A stretch of 64,000 bases of DNA from Vicugna vicugna (taxonomy: Eukaryota): NCBI GenBank assembly GCA_013265495.1, contig MU063155.1:62001-126000 (forward strand), read 5' to 3'. The notes under the pieces are model-generated. The model saw only the letters and a program-made list of their open reading frames with translations. It was not told the origin of the DNA and did not search any database. Below, piece by piece: positions 23,046 to 34,067 of this stretch (positions are counted from its first letter, which is position 1; every line of letters begins with the position of its first letter). Both the position numbers and the translations under genes were made by a program.

Positions 23046-24039
23046 CGGGGAGTTTGGGGGGACAGGCAGAGGTGGGCAGAGGAGCTGGAGGAGGCGGGGC
23101 TGAAGGAGAAGTTGGGCAGGAAGGAACATGGAAGGCAGGACACCGGGAAATGCTACAGCTGCAGGTGTGGGAGTGAAAGAAATACATTACACCAGGGAGT
23201 CCCACATGCCCCCTCTTCTGCAGAAAATGTCCCCACCTGGAAATTTTTTATTGCCATCCAGAAAAACGCTTCTTAGATTTTAAGAAAATTTTTATCTCTT
23301 ATTCCCTCATTTATTCATTCATTTAGACATGGATTTCTTATCCTTGCTTAGTTCAGAGGGCTCTAAAATGTGAACGAATTCCTAGAAAGGAACATCCTTC
23401 ATGACTTTATGAGGGTCTGAAATTCCATTGTGCAGAGGTTGCTGGCAAGACCATCTCTCCCCTCCCTGATTGTAGGGTTATCCCTGCTGATTTGGGAGGG
23501 GGTTGGCTCTGGGTGACTGCTGGATGAGGCTGTCTGCAGGACAAAAGTAATCATATCCTCAAACAAGGACAATCAGAATGAAATCCAGATTCTGAAAACC
23601 GACAACTGGACAGGAGACATGTTCTGTGTCATAGTACCAGTTTCTAGCCCATGAACTGGCACTTGCTTATTTAGTCTATGAATCTTTTATTGAAAGAATG
23701 AATGCAATAAGTGCCACCTTCTGCAGGCATTTATTTGGAGGATATGAAGATGAACGAGATGCAGATGCTACCCTCCAGGTGCCAACAGTCCAGCTCGGAA
23801 GGCCCAGAGAAGTAAACACCCACCTTGATGAAGGCATCCGGAGGGGGAAGACTCTGCTACAATCTCCTCATCTCCAGGTGGATATTGTGCTGACATTTCT
23901 GATTCATCATTTTCCATCTAAAATGTTCTCCCCCGTCTTGGTTGATGGTACCAGCTTCCCCACAGTCACCCACACTCGGACTCACGTCACCTTTGAGCCC
24001 TGCATTTCCTCTCCCTCCCGTCCCACGGCCAGATCCTGT

Positions 24040-25135
24040 TGACGTTGCCTTCCGCATGTCTCTCTAATGCTCACGGCTTCATCCCCAAACAGCCTCACTT
24101 CCTCCGCATCTTCCTGTTGCTCATTTCTTCCCCACCAAGGCTCCTCTGCATTGACATCAGGTTGCTTCAAAGCCTTAGTGGCTCCTCATTACGTACAAGT
24201 AAAGCCGAAGACCTCAGCAGGTCGTTCAGGGCCCTTATAATCTGGTGCCAACTAACCTTCCATTCTTTCTGCTTTTATTCCAACCTAAGCCCCCTACCCC
24301 CAGGCAGCGTGGGATCCAGCCACAAAAGGCCACTGGCCCTTTCCCAGACACCCTTCTCCCAGCCTCCTCTGGGCCTTTGTTGTGCTGGGCCTTCTACTCC
24401 CTAACCTGAAATGCCCCAGCTGACATGCCAGCTCCTTCAGGTGGCTGTCTGCAATCTGTAAATCAGAGGGGCACTCTCTGGGTTGCTTCTGCTCGTCCTC
24501 TCTAAAAAAGTCCGTGTCACTCTCCAGTGTGTTACACCCATGGATGTCTTATCCCCCTGCCCCATCAGACTGCAAACTGCCTGCGGGCAGGAACCTGATC
24601 TTGCACCCTGCCAAGCATGGGGCCTGGTGTTCTATCACTGTGTACTGAGTGGGAGCAAAGAATGACAGCTGTCATTTTTCTTCCAGTTTATGCTTTTTGG
24701 GCCGCCACGTCCATGGGACACATTTTACCTTGTTTGCCCCAGGCTGCTGCTTTATAAATATTAACCTTTCTTCGCTAGTCTGCACTTACATTGCTTATCC
24801 CTCTCCGTGGCAATGGCTGAACTTGCCCTGGCCTTTTAATTAGTAGTACATATGCCTGCCTCTTACACTATCCCACAGCTTCACATCCAAGGACATAGAC
24901 AAAAGGCACCCTCTCAGCTTTTCCATATCCCACAGACCTGGTCCCAATCTGTGAACCTGATTCAGCTCTGGAGTGACCCCTTTGGAAAAATGCCCCAGGT
25001 GATTCTGCCATGCACCCCAGTTAGGAACATTTGGCTGCAACTCTTTGAAAATAGGAATTCCAGAGTCTTCTACCCCTTGAGCAGGACTTTGTACACAGCA
25101 GTCACTCCATACATGCTTGTTGAATAAAGTAGTTC
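24040..25135 (+). mobile_element. L2 fragments downstream of XCR1
   Basis: ttgcttcaaagccttagtggctcctcattacgtacaagtaaagccgaagacctc...; L2 tail ctccatacatgcttgttgaataaa. Confidence 0.55.
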
Positions 25136-28100
25136 CTAATGCAGCCCTTAGCTGAAGCCTAGAGAGCTTGTAAAGCACTTTCCCCTTCAGTTCCTGCTAC
25201 AATTTCAATGATCTGTTTGCCACTGGGTGGCCAGCCTTGAAGAAGTTTGACCTGGCTGGGGAAGAGTGAGGGTCTACTTTTAAGAATTAGGCCTGTAGCA
25301 CCTGTTGGAGAGGGCTGGGTGGGGCACCAGTGAAGGGATAAAACTCTTGTGGCCTTACTAACCAATTGGTGGGGACATCACCCACCACAGAAGAAAGAAA
25401 TGGCCAAAAGAAAGGGGCAATTAGATAGTCCTGAGGTCATAGCCAAGTCTGTGGGCTTCTGGTCAGCCTAATCATTCCACATTCCTTCAAACTGATAATA
25501 TTAAAATTTTATTCAACTTTTATTCAGACGGCAGGCTGAGCCCAGGGAGCAGAAGGGCAGAGGACTCCAGCTCACACACCCACTTCACCAAACCAAAGCA
25601 CAACAGGTTTTGAGCCTACTCTTCTTAGAAGGCAGGTTGGGGGATCTTGTGTCACTACAGAGTATGCCCTTTGAGATCATCTCTCCACCATCTCCTCACC
25701 CCATCCCATTCCTGAACATCCCAAGATGCTTATCTAAGTGTTTCTTTCAACACCTACAGCCATTTCCTGGGAGCACTTCATTAGTACAATTGTGTTTGTC
25801 TTTTTACATTTCTGCTGATGTTTTGGCATCCCCAGTAGACTAGCTCCCAGGGTAATCTTTAATGCAGTGTCTTCTCCTAATCTAGCTCCTTGAGACTCCA
25901 AAGGAAGAGGCACAGAGAAAGAGAGGTGTGAATGGGAAGATGGAGGGGCACCCCTGGGTGGAACAGCTAGCTGAAGGAAGCAGCCAGCCAGCTGTACACC
26001 AGTGACTATGCTCCACCTTTGTTTATCACACTCTTCATGGGCCACAGTCTCCTGCTTTCCCTTCCCTCCACCCACTGAAACCACTGCTCAACCTCATCTG
26101 GACCACTGTGGGCCTCTCCCTCCTGCTCCAGGGCCCTGGACATGGGGCTGCAGACTTTCTGCCATTCCTGGAGCAAAAACAATCCACTGTGGCTTCAAGG
26201 GAATATCCTCTTCACAGCATTTCCACCTCCATACTCTCTCAGACAAAATCAGCAAGAGAAGAAGCTTGCTGATCTCTAAATAGGAAGGTGGCTCCAAGCC
26301 CAGGGCAGCCCCTGACCAGCTGGAGTAGAAGGTCCTTGAGGGCACAAGCCCCGTTTTGCATATCTAGAACATCCCTCAGTACCCAACAATGTTTGTGGTT
26401 GGTTAAGTAAGTGGATAGGAGACCATCTTTTTTAGCTTTTTTCTACTTTTGTTTCTTCTTCACACACTTGCTTATGTTACATCTTCCAGTTAATACCAGG
26501 CACTGCCCAATGGGCTTCCCATGAACTCTTCTCCAGGGCCCACCAGCCAAGACATCGCTTGGTTTGTTGAACCCCTAATGGCTTTCATTTGTGAAACCTG
26601 CCTGTGACCAGAAAAATACTAATTACTCTTAAAATCATCTCATAAATAGAGAAAGCATCATGTATCACATATGCAAATAAACGATTAGCATGTAATGACT
26701 GACTTTGAGCTGGTTATGTTCCCCTCCTTTCTACCCAAGATCATTATACATGATTCTTAAAAGTTCTCTGCTTGTGAGGGATCTGGGTTAGGATCTTGGG
26801 TGAAAGGAGGGATACAGAAGGAGAACTGGAGATAAAATGTGGAACAAGCCCTGTGTGGGTCAGTAGGAAATTGGCTCCAATCAGGCATTAGGCGAAATTG
26901 TTCAGGAGGCCAGGTCTGTCTTGAGTGCTCCTAGCCTCAGTTTTCTGTCCCAGTCTTTCCCCTGGCCTGGCACCTGAGTTTCCTGTCTTTGAGTCCAAGG
27001 TTTTTATTTGATCTCCTGTTTCTGAACAAGGACCTTCCAGAGATCAGCCCTCCAATCAGAAGGAATGACACCACTTCCTGCTGGGAATTTCAGGCCTCTT
27101 GAAAACTTGGTAGGAGATATTTTGCAGGTTTGTGGGCAACTTTAGGAAGGGGAAGAAGGTTATTCTAAATCCTCACTAAGTTATTCTGAGTAGAGAGCTC
27201 CCCTCTCCACCTTGGGGCCAGCCCAGATTTTAGGTGGAGGGTTGTTGCAATCCCCTCCCACAAACCCCACCCACAACCCCTCCACGAAATAGTGTGGCTA
27301 GAAGGACCAAAGGAGGACAAAGGTGACCGGGCTCCTTGACTTTGATGATTTCAGAAAATCTGCCTTGCGTATCACCCAATGGTTAGAGAGAAGACACGGA
27401 CAACCAGTGGGCATGGGGAATTGGATGGTTGCAGGGATTAGAAACAGGGTGGCGGGGTGGGGAAGAGAGGGATATGTAGACCTCCAGGAGGTCCCTGGTC
27501 ACTTTCGTAGAGGGCCTGCTCAGTGTGAAGGCAGCAGGAGGCAGGAGGAGCACAAGGGGAGTGGGACCACAAAGAGAAATTAGCCCCGCTCTCAAGTTGT
27601 CCTTTCTCTGGCCATTCTACCTGGGGAAAGATGTACATAGGATTACTCTAGTCCCAGGGAGTTCTTGGTCCTTTTTCCAGATGTCCTGGATGAACCCGGA
27701 AGAGAAAATGACCTGGCTTGATTGTCCAAACAACTGGGAATGCACATGTCATTAAAACTATTCCAGGGCACTTTGTAATGAGCTATGGGAGTCTGGGGAA
27801 GAAGGTGCCCACCTATATCTATCTGTTCCCTTGACTTTGGTTAAAATTGGTTCAACAGTCTGTCTCTGATCTTTTCTAGTAGTTTGGATAATGTAAGTTA
27901 AAAACAACAACAGCACTGAACAATGCTAATTTTTCAAAGCATCTTCTGTTTATTCCCAAATTAGAGGAAACCCACAAATGCTGACTTCAATAGGAAATCA
28001 CATTCACTTTTCTGGCTGGGTCCTTAGCAAGCCATTCCCCCTCCTTTAGGGCTTATTGATTCAACTTAACTGAAGAGGTTTGAAATTATAGATCTCTAAG

Positions 28101-28196
28101 ATCCCTTCCTATGACTTAAAAAATGAAACCTGTAATTTCCTGACTTGTGTTTCCGTGAGGTCCTTCAGGGGATACAAATCTATAGCTTAGGGCATA

Positions 28197-28640
28197 TTAC
28201 AGGTTGAAGTGGTGTCCCTGCCACCAAAATCATATGTCCCAAGTCCTAACCCCCAGTACCTCTGAATGGGACCTCATCTGGAAATAAGGTCATTGCATAT
28301 GTAATTAGTAAAGATGAGGTCATACTGATTTGGGCAGGCCCCTAATCCAATATGACAGGTGTCCTTAAAAAGGAGATGTTTTGGACACAGATACAGACAA
28401 AGGGAGAATGCTGTGTCAGAACTGGAGTTCTGCTACCACAAGTCAAGGAGCACCAAAGATTGCCAGCAACCACTCAGAGGGGCACAGAATAAATTTTCCT
28501 TCACAGCCTCAGAAGGAACCAACCCTACAGATACCTTGATCTCAGACTTCTAGCCTTGAGAACTGTGAAACAATGCTTTTCTGTTGTTTAAGCACCTAGC
28601 CCATGGGACTTTGTCATAGCAGCCTGAGCAAACTAATAGA
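28197..28640 (+). mobile_element. MLT1B/C LTR
   Basis: tcatatgtcccaagtcctaacccccagtacctctgaatgggacctcatctggaaataaggtcattgca...ggaaccaaccctacagataccttgatctcagacttctagcc...agcaaactaata. Confidence 0.85.
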
Positions 28641-28759
28641 GGGCACAAATTTCAGTAGATGTGAGGGGAATTCCAGTGCATCTCAGAACCCCCATGAGGT
28701 TTCAGTATCTACCTCGCCCACCCAGAAGATTGCCCCTAACAGAAGACATGCACAGGAGA

Positions 28760-29340
28760 TTGGAAACTGATGTTTCTGGAAACCTACTCTGTGCCAGGTC
28801 CATACATTTCCACATCTCACAGCCGCCCTGAGAGATTTCGGTTTCCCCACCTAGGCCAAGGGCTCGGAGAGGTCACACTCCAACATCCAGGGCATGGTTC
28901 TTAATCTGGGCGGCATGGTAAGTCATATGAGGAAATGGGAAAATAGTGATGCCTGGGTCCTACCCCCAGAGATTCTGATGCAATTGGCCTGGGTTGTGAC
29001 CTGGCACCAAAATTTTTAAAAGCTCCCTGGTGGTTCTAAGGTAGAGCCAAGTTTGAGAACAACTAACCCACTGTATTTACTCATTTGGGCATTCACTCAA
29101 TAAATATTTATTGAGCACCAATCATGTGCCAGGCACTGTGCTACATTCCTTGCACACATGACTCCACATCCTTACAACCACTTTGTAAGGTAGGCATCCC
29201 TCACCCAGATGAGAAAGCAAGGAGCTGGAGAGGTTAAATACTTGCTCAAGCTCAGGGAATCAGTTAGAGCCAGATCAGGGATTTTCACCTCAGGTCTGTC
29301 TTGTCCCCGAATACCTGTCCTTTCTAGCACATCATGCTGC
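28760..29340. mobile_element. Cluster of MIR, MER5 and L2/MIR
   Basis: MER5 at about 28893-29066 (cccccagagattctgatgcaattggcctggg...aaaagctccc). L2/MIR after it (cattcactcaataaatatttattgagcacc...atgtgccaggcactgtgc). Confidence 0.6.
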
Positions 29341-30303
29341 TTCTTCAAACAAGGGATGTGTCCATCAGACTCTTAACTGTAATCAACAGAAATCACTTCT
29401 GGCTGTTATGCAGAAACAAAGTGTAAGGAAAAGATATTGGGCATGGTTAGGTTGTGATTGTGTCAGAGAGGTGTCATGTTATCTGCTAACTGTATCACAA
29501 ATGGTTCCGCAAAAAGAAAAAGAAATGTGTATGATTATACATAAACATAGGAGAAATAAAATACAGAATGGTATATACTCATAAAAGGGGAGAAGATGCT
29601 GGACAGCTCACAAAGTTGAGAGGTAGGCAGGAGAAACAGGTAGAACAAAGGGAGGCTGTCTCTGGCATCACCAGGTGACGCAGTCACATGGCCAGTAGTT
29701 GATGCCAGGGCTGCCCCTGGGCTGCAGTGATGGCCTCTCTGACAGATGGACTATCAGAGAGTCAGACTTCTTATGTGGCATCTGGCTTCCCCCAGAAGCA
29801 ACCCCAGGAGAACCAGGTGACTATGTGGCCTATCCCAACCTAGTCTCAGAAGTTACATAGTGTCACTTTTGCAGCATTCTGTTGGTTACAAGCCACTCAC
29901 TAAAATTGGCTCAGATTCAAGGGGAGGAGATAGACCCCCATCTCTGGATGAGAGGAGTGTCAAAGACTTTGTAGACAAATTTTAAAACTTCCACATTCAT
30001 CTTCTTCAAGTTTGCTAAAAAACGTCACCTTCTCAGAGAGACTTTCCCTTCCTACCTGCTCTGCAGCCCCCACCCCAGTCCCAGCCTCTCGACTCCTTTT
30101 CTCTGCTTTAATTTTTTTCTCTGTAGTACATCTTACCTTCTAACGTACTGTTTAAATTGTTTATTTATCATGTTTATTATCTGTCTCCCTCCTCTAGAAT
30201 GTAAGTACCATGAGAGAGTAAATCCATGAGAATGCAAACAAATTCTTTAAATGTAAACCTGTGAAATTTTTGCCTATTTTGTCCATTGCTGAAGCATCTA
30301 GAC

Positions 30304-30517
30304 CAAAGGTCAGCAAACCACCTCTCTGGGGACTGCCTGCTGCTTGTTTTTGTAATTAAACTTGTATTGGAACAGACATGTCCATTCATTTTGTATTGTC
30401 TGTGGCTACTTTTACATTATAATGGCAGAGCTGAGCAGTTGCAACTGAGACTATAATGTCCATAAGTCTAAAATATTTACTAATTGGCTCTTTATAGAAA
30501 AAGTCTGTTGACCTCTG
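30304..30517 (+). mobile_element. MER58A hAT-Charlie inserted into an L2 tail
   Basis: caaaggtcagcaaac...ggcagagctgagcagttgcaactgagac...aaaatatttac...gttgacctctg. 8-bp TSD ATCTAGA(C/A) at 30296-30303 and 30518-30525. Confidence 0.8.
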
Positions 30518-31619
30518 ATCTAGAACAATGCCTGGCATGTTCTAGTAGCTCAATAACTATTTGGTGAATGAATGAATAGATACCCATGATTTGACCAAAT
30601 ACAACTTTTCCATTGCCAGGCACAACTCTGTTATGATTTTTAAGTCTAAAACAGAGCGTGGAGCACTAAAAGACCTGTTTAGACAGTTTTCCCAAAATAA
30701 GGAAACATTTTGCCAAAGATGAATTGGAATACTTTTCCCTTACAGGAGAGATGAACGGCTCACAACTGCAGAAGAGCAAATCTTCAGCTTCCTGCGCTTC
30801 TGCCAAGGACTTAGTTTCAAACAGTAAGAAGTTCCCCAAAGTTCCTGTGGTATAGAACTTTGTCTTTTTTTTTTGTCTTTGTTTTACTCTGTGTTTTCAA
30901 AACTTATTTGACCACAGAGCCCTATGTTTTTTGTGAAATGCCCTTTAACATCGCAGGGAACTAATTATCTTATGAAGAGGGTAACTATATAATGTATTGC
31001 CAAACTGGGACACTGCTGAGAAGGAAGAGAGGAGCTATAAATATTCATGCTGGGAGAACAGGGCTCTCCTGGATGAACCAGGAAGTATGGACACCCTATT
31101 CTGGGGGAAATTCTGTTTTATACAATTATAATTCAAAATAGGAAAAAGTCCATCAAAAAAGTGTATCATCAAGTGCTTGTTTTAAGTTTTCAAAGGTTTT
31201 CAGTTGGGGGTGGGTAGGTTTTGAGGAGAAAAGCCAACAGTACAGTCATGGAGGAAAAAAACCTGGAAAATGTACATGTCAGGATTCAAAACTGTCAGGT
31301 TCTGGAGCACCGAAGTCCAGATCTTTCTGCACTATCGATGGGCAATTACTGAAAAGCAGACTTCTGTAGGGGAGCGTGATTCAATGAACTTGAATTCGCT
31401 ATTTCTGCAATCAACTTCTGATTCCCTCTGTGGGTCTTACAGTCAGATTTTCCAGAAAAGGAGACTGATTTAACTAGTCACCAAGAAGAGGCTGGTTCTT
31501 TTGAGTTGAGCTGCCACATCAAGCCACCAGTGTGTCTGGCATCAACTTCCGCCTGCTGAGCAGGGACCAAGATGATGAGTCCCCTGGCAGAGGACATGCT
31601 GTCCCACATAAGGAGCGCT

Positions 31620-32330
31620 AACACAGTGGTAAGGATTTAAACCCTGTGATCAGACACACCTGAGCTAAAACCTCTCTCTACTTGCTATTAGCCATTGACC
31701 TTGGCAAGTTACTTACCCTCCCCAAATTTCAATTTGCTCATCTGCTTAACCGGGATACTTATGTGTCAAGAGATTGATATGAGGCATGTTTACCTTGGTG
31801 CCTGGCGCATAAAAAGCCCGTGAAGAATGGGAACAGTTACAAAAAGAGCCTCTTCCCTCAATGGGGCTGTGGGCATGGCTAGCTTCCCATGAGGAGCAGA
31901 CTCTTCTGCTTAGGAAGACAGTAAGGAGGGTTTTGGTGATTTTTGGATCTGATCTCTTTATTTAGTGTGTATTCACACTAGAGCACAAAAGTGTGCTGAG
32001 TTTGTTTGGATAAGTTTAGTTTGAACTACTCAGCTTTATCTACAAAGGAAATCCAAGTTAAACTGCCTGAATAGTAGTGATTTTGAAACCTCCTTCCCTG
32101 TGCTTGAGAGACTGTGTTGGGTGGACAGAGGACCTCTTAGGAGCCCCTGGCTGTACCCTAACCTCTACCAGTTACCAGCTGTGTGAACTGGGACAGTTAC
32201 TTAACTTCTCTGAGCCTCAGTCTCCTCATCTATAAAGTAGGGATAGTGAACCCTACCTACATCACAGAGTTGCTGTGAGTTTTAAGTATAATACTGTCTA
32301 GATTTGGGGCTAGGATCTGTCATAGCATAG
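31620..32330 (+). mobile_element. Two MIR fragments (about 31620-31830 and 32140-32330)
   Basis: MIR cores gaccttggcaagttacttaccctc and gtgtgaactgggacagttacttaacttctctgagcctcagtctcctcatctataaagtagggat. Confidence 0.7.
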
Positions 32331-32397
32331 GTTATGGCATTAAAATCTCTCCCATTCCTAATATCTCACAAAATGGTTCAGACTGTGGGTGGAGAGT

Positions 32398-32902
32398 TGT
32401 GGAGCCAGGGCTCGTGTGCCTGCAACCAAACTCTGACAGTAGGTGTTTGCATCAAAGTAAGGGTTTATTTGCAGGGCACCAAGCAAGGGAATGAGAGACA
32501 GGTCTCATTTCAGCTCCAACTTGGTCTTTGAGTTGGGGGTGTTTTTAAAGAGCAAGAACAAAGAAGCTGAGATTAATCATTTTATGACATAACTTAATCA
32601 TAGTTTCAGGAGGTCAGGATGATTCTCTGGCCAGGTAGTCCATAGCTCAGGGGCTTGTTAGCTCACCTTGCCCCAGAAAAACAACCTGAGTATGTACGTT
32701 AATGATGATATCTACAACAGCAATTTGAGTACATCAGTGATGTTATGGACAACAGCAACCTTAGTTATCTGACACTGGTTGATTAGTGTTCAATTAGCAT
32801 AGGATTGAGGTCAGAGGGAATAAGAAAGGGAATAAATTGCTGGATGGAGAGATTAATCACAAACCTGGTGAGGGAACTCAGTTTTAGGGAGAATCCATTT
32901 CA
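32398..32902 (-). mobile_element. ERV-type LTR (probably solo), antisense to the genes
   Basis: LTR-like reverse text agggtttatttgcagggcaccaagcaaggga...; candidate TG (32398) and CA (32902) ends. No clean TSD found. Confidence 0.5.
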
Positions 32903-33544
32903 GGAGGAATGATTTCCCTTTGCCATTTCCTTCCCCTTCTTCCCTTTTCCTTTCATAGTGTTTAATAGGAAGAATGGAAATTATTTCTCCCCATTCCCCA
33001 CAAACTATTACACCCATCTAACTCACTGCCTTATCTATACCTAATTTAGAAAAATGGATGAGATGCCATCGCCTGTATCTATTTTCTTTCCTTTATTATT
33101 CTACCAGACAACTCTCCTCTTTCTCCATTTGCAGTGTTGGGGCCATGGCTCCTGACCGGACACCACTACCTAAGTCTTGTGAGTAAGAAAGGTGTTTCAA
33201 GATTAAATGGTGGGGACGGACAGAGAGAAACAGATGGTGCCGCCAGAGTCAAGGGATGGAGCCCAGTCACAGGCTGAAGTACCCCATGTACTGTTGCTCT
33301 TCTCTCTTGTGCCCAAAGTAGACATTACTAATGAATGCATTTTGTTCCATTGAGTTCAGCCTCAGAGTTCTTCACAACTCATAAATAGAAACTATAACTT
33401 ATAAATAGAAATTGAGTGGAGAGTAGGGCTGAAATTAGGGCTGGTAGTTCATTAACATACAGTTTTTGAGCACTGATTTTAAGTAGGTCCCTGTGTTTAG
33501 TAGCGAGGGGACGAAAAGATAGAACATTAGGTTCAATAATATAT

Positions 33545-33740
33545 AATGATTTTTATTTAGCCCAATATATTTTAAAAATATTTCAACGTGGAATCAATAC
33601 AAAAATATTAATGAGCTATTTTCCGTTTTTCATACTAAATCTTTGGAACTCAGGTGTATTTCGTACTTACACCACTTGTACAATTCAACTCAAACTAGTC
33701 ACATTTCAAGTTCTCAAAAGCCACACATGGACAGCACTGT
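33545..33740 (+). mobile_element. MER33 3' fragment abutting the FYCO1 promoter
   Basis: tttagcccaatatatt...tttcaacgtggaatcaatac...attaatgagc...catactaaatc...acatttcaagttctcaaaagccacacatggacagcac. Confidence 0.7.
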
Positions 33741-33859
33741 TTTTGGAGTCCCAGACATATCTGATTTGTGGGCACATATGCTCCCAGGGACTGCAAGGGT
33801 TACTTTAGGGCCGGCTGCCCCGCGGAACCGGTGGGAGTTGCGAACCCCAGCTCCGCGAA

Positions 33860-33954
33860 GCATGCCGGGAGTCGTAGTCAGCGCCCATCTGCCTGTGGGA
33901 GCCCCCTGGGAGTTGTAGGCCTCAGCCCTGTGGAGCATGCTGGGAGTTGTAGTC
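33860..33954 (-). promoter_or_regulatory. Three ZNF143/THAP11 (ACTACAnnTCCCA-type) motifs
   Basis: gcatgccgggagtcgtagtc (33860-33879), ctgggagttgtagg (33906-33919) and gcatgctgggagttgtagtc (33935-33954; reverse complement GACTACAACTCCCAGCATGC). Confidence 0.8.
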
Positions 33955-34004
33955 CGCGCCAACCTGCGGCGGGGTCTGCGTATTATGGCCGCCCACGCCG
34001 CGCT

Positions 34005-34067
34005 CCCGTCCTCTTCCGCTTGGCCTCAGAAAGTTTCGGTTCTGTCCCGCTGTGGACCTACGAGCGC
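34005..34067 (+). other. FYCO1: Probable FYCO1 non-coding exon 1 (TSS approximate)
   Basis: Lies just downstream of the ZNF143 cluster and ends at the consensus donor GC|GTAAGT (34067/34068). Confidence 0.55.
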
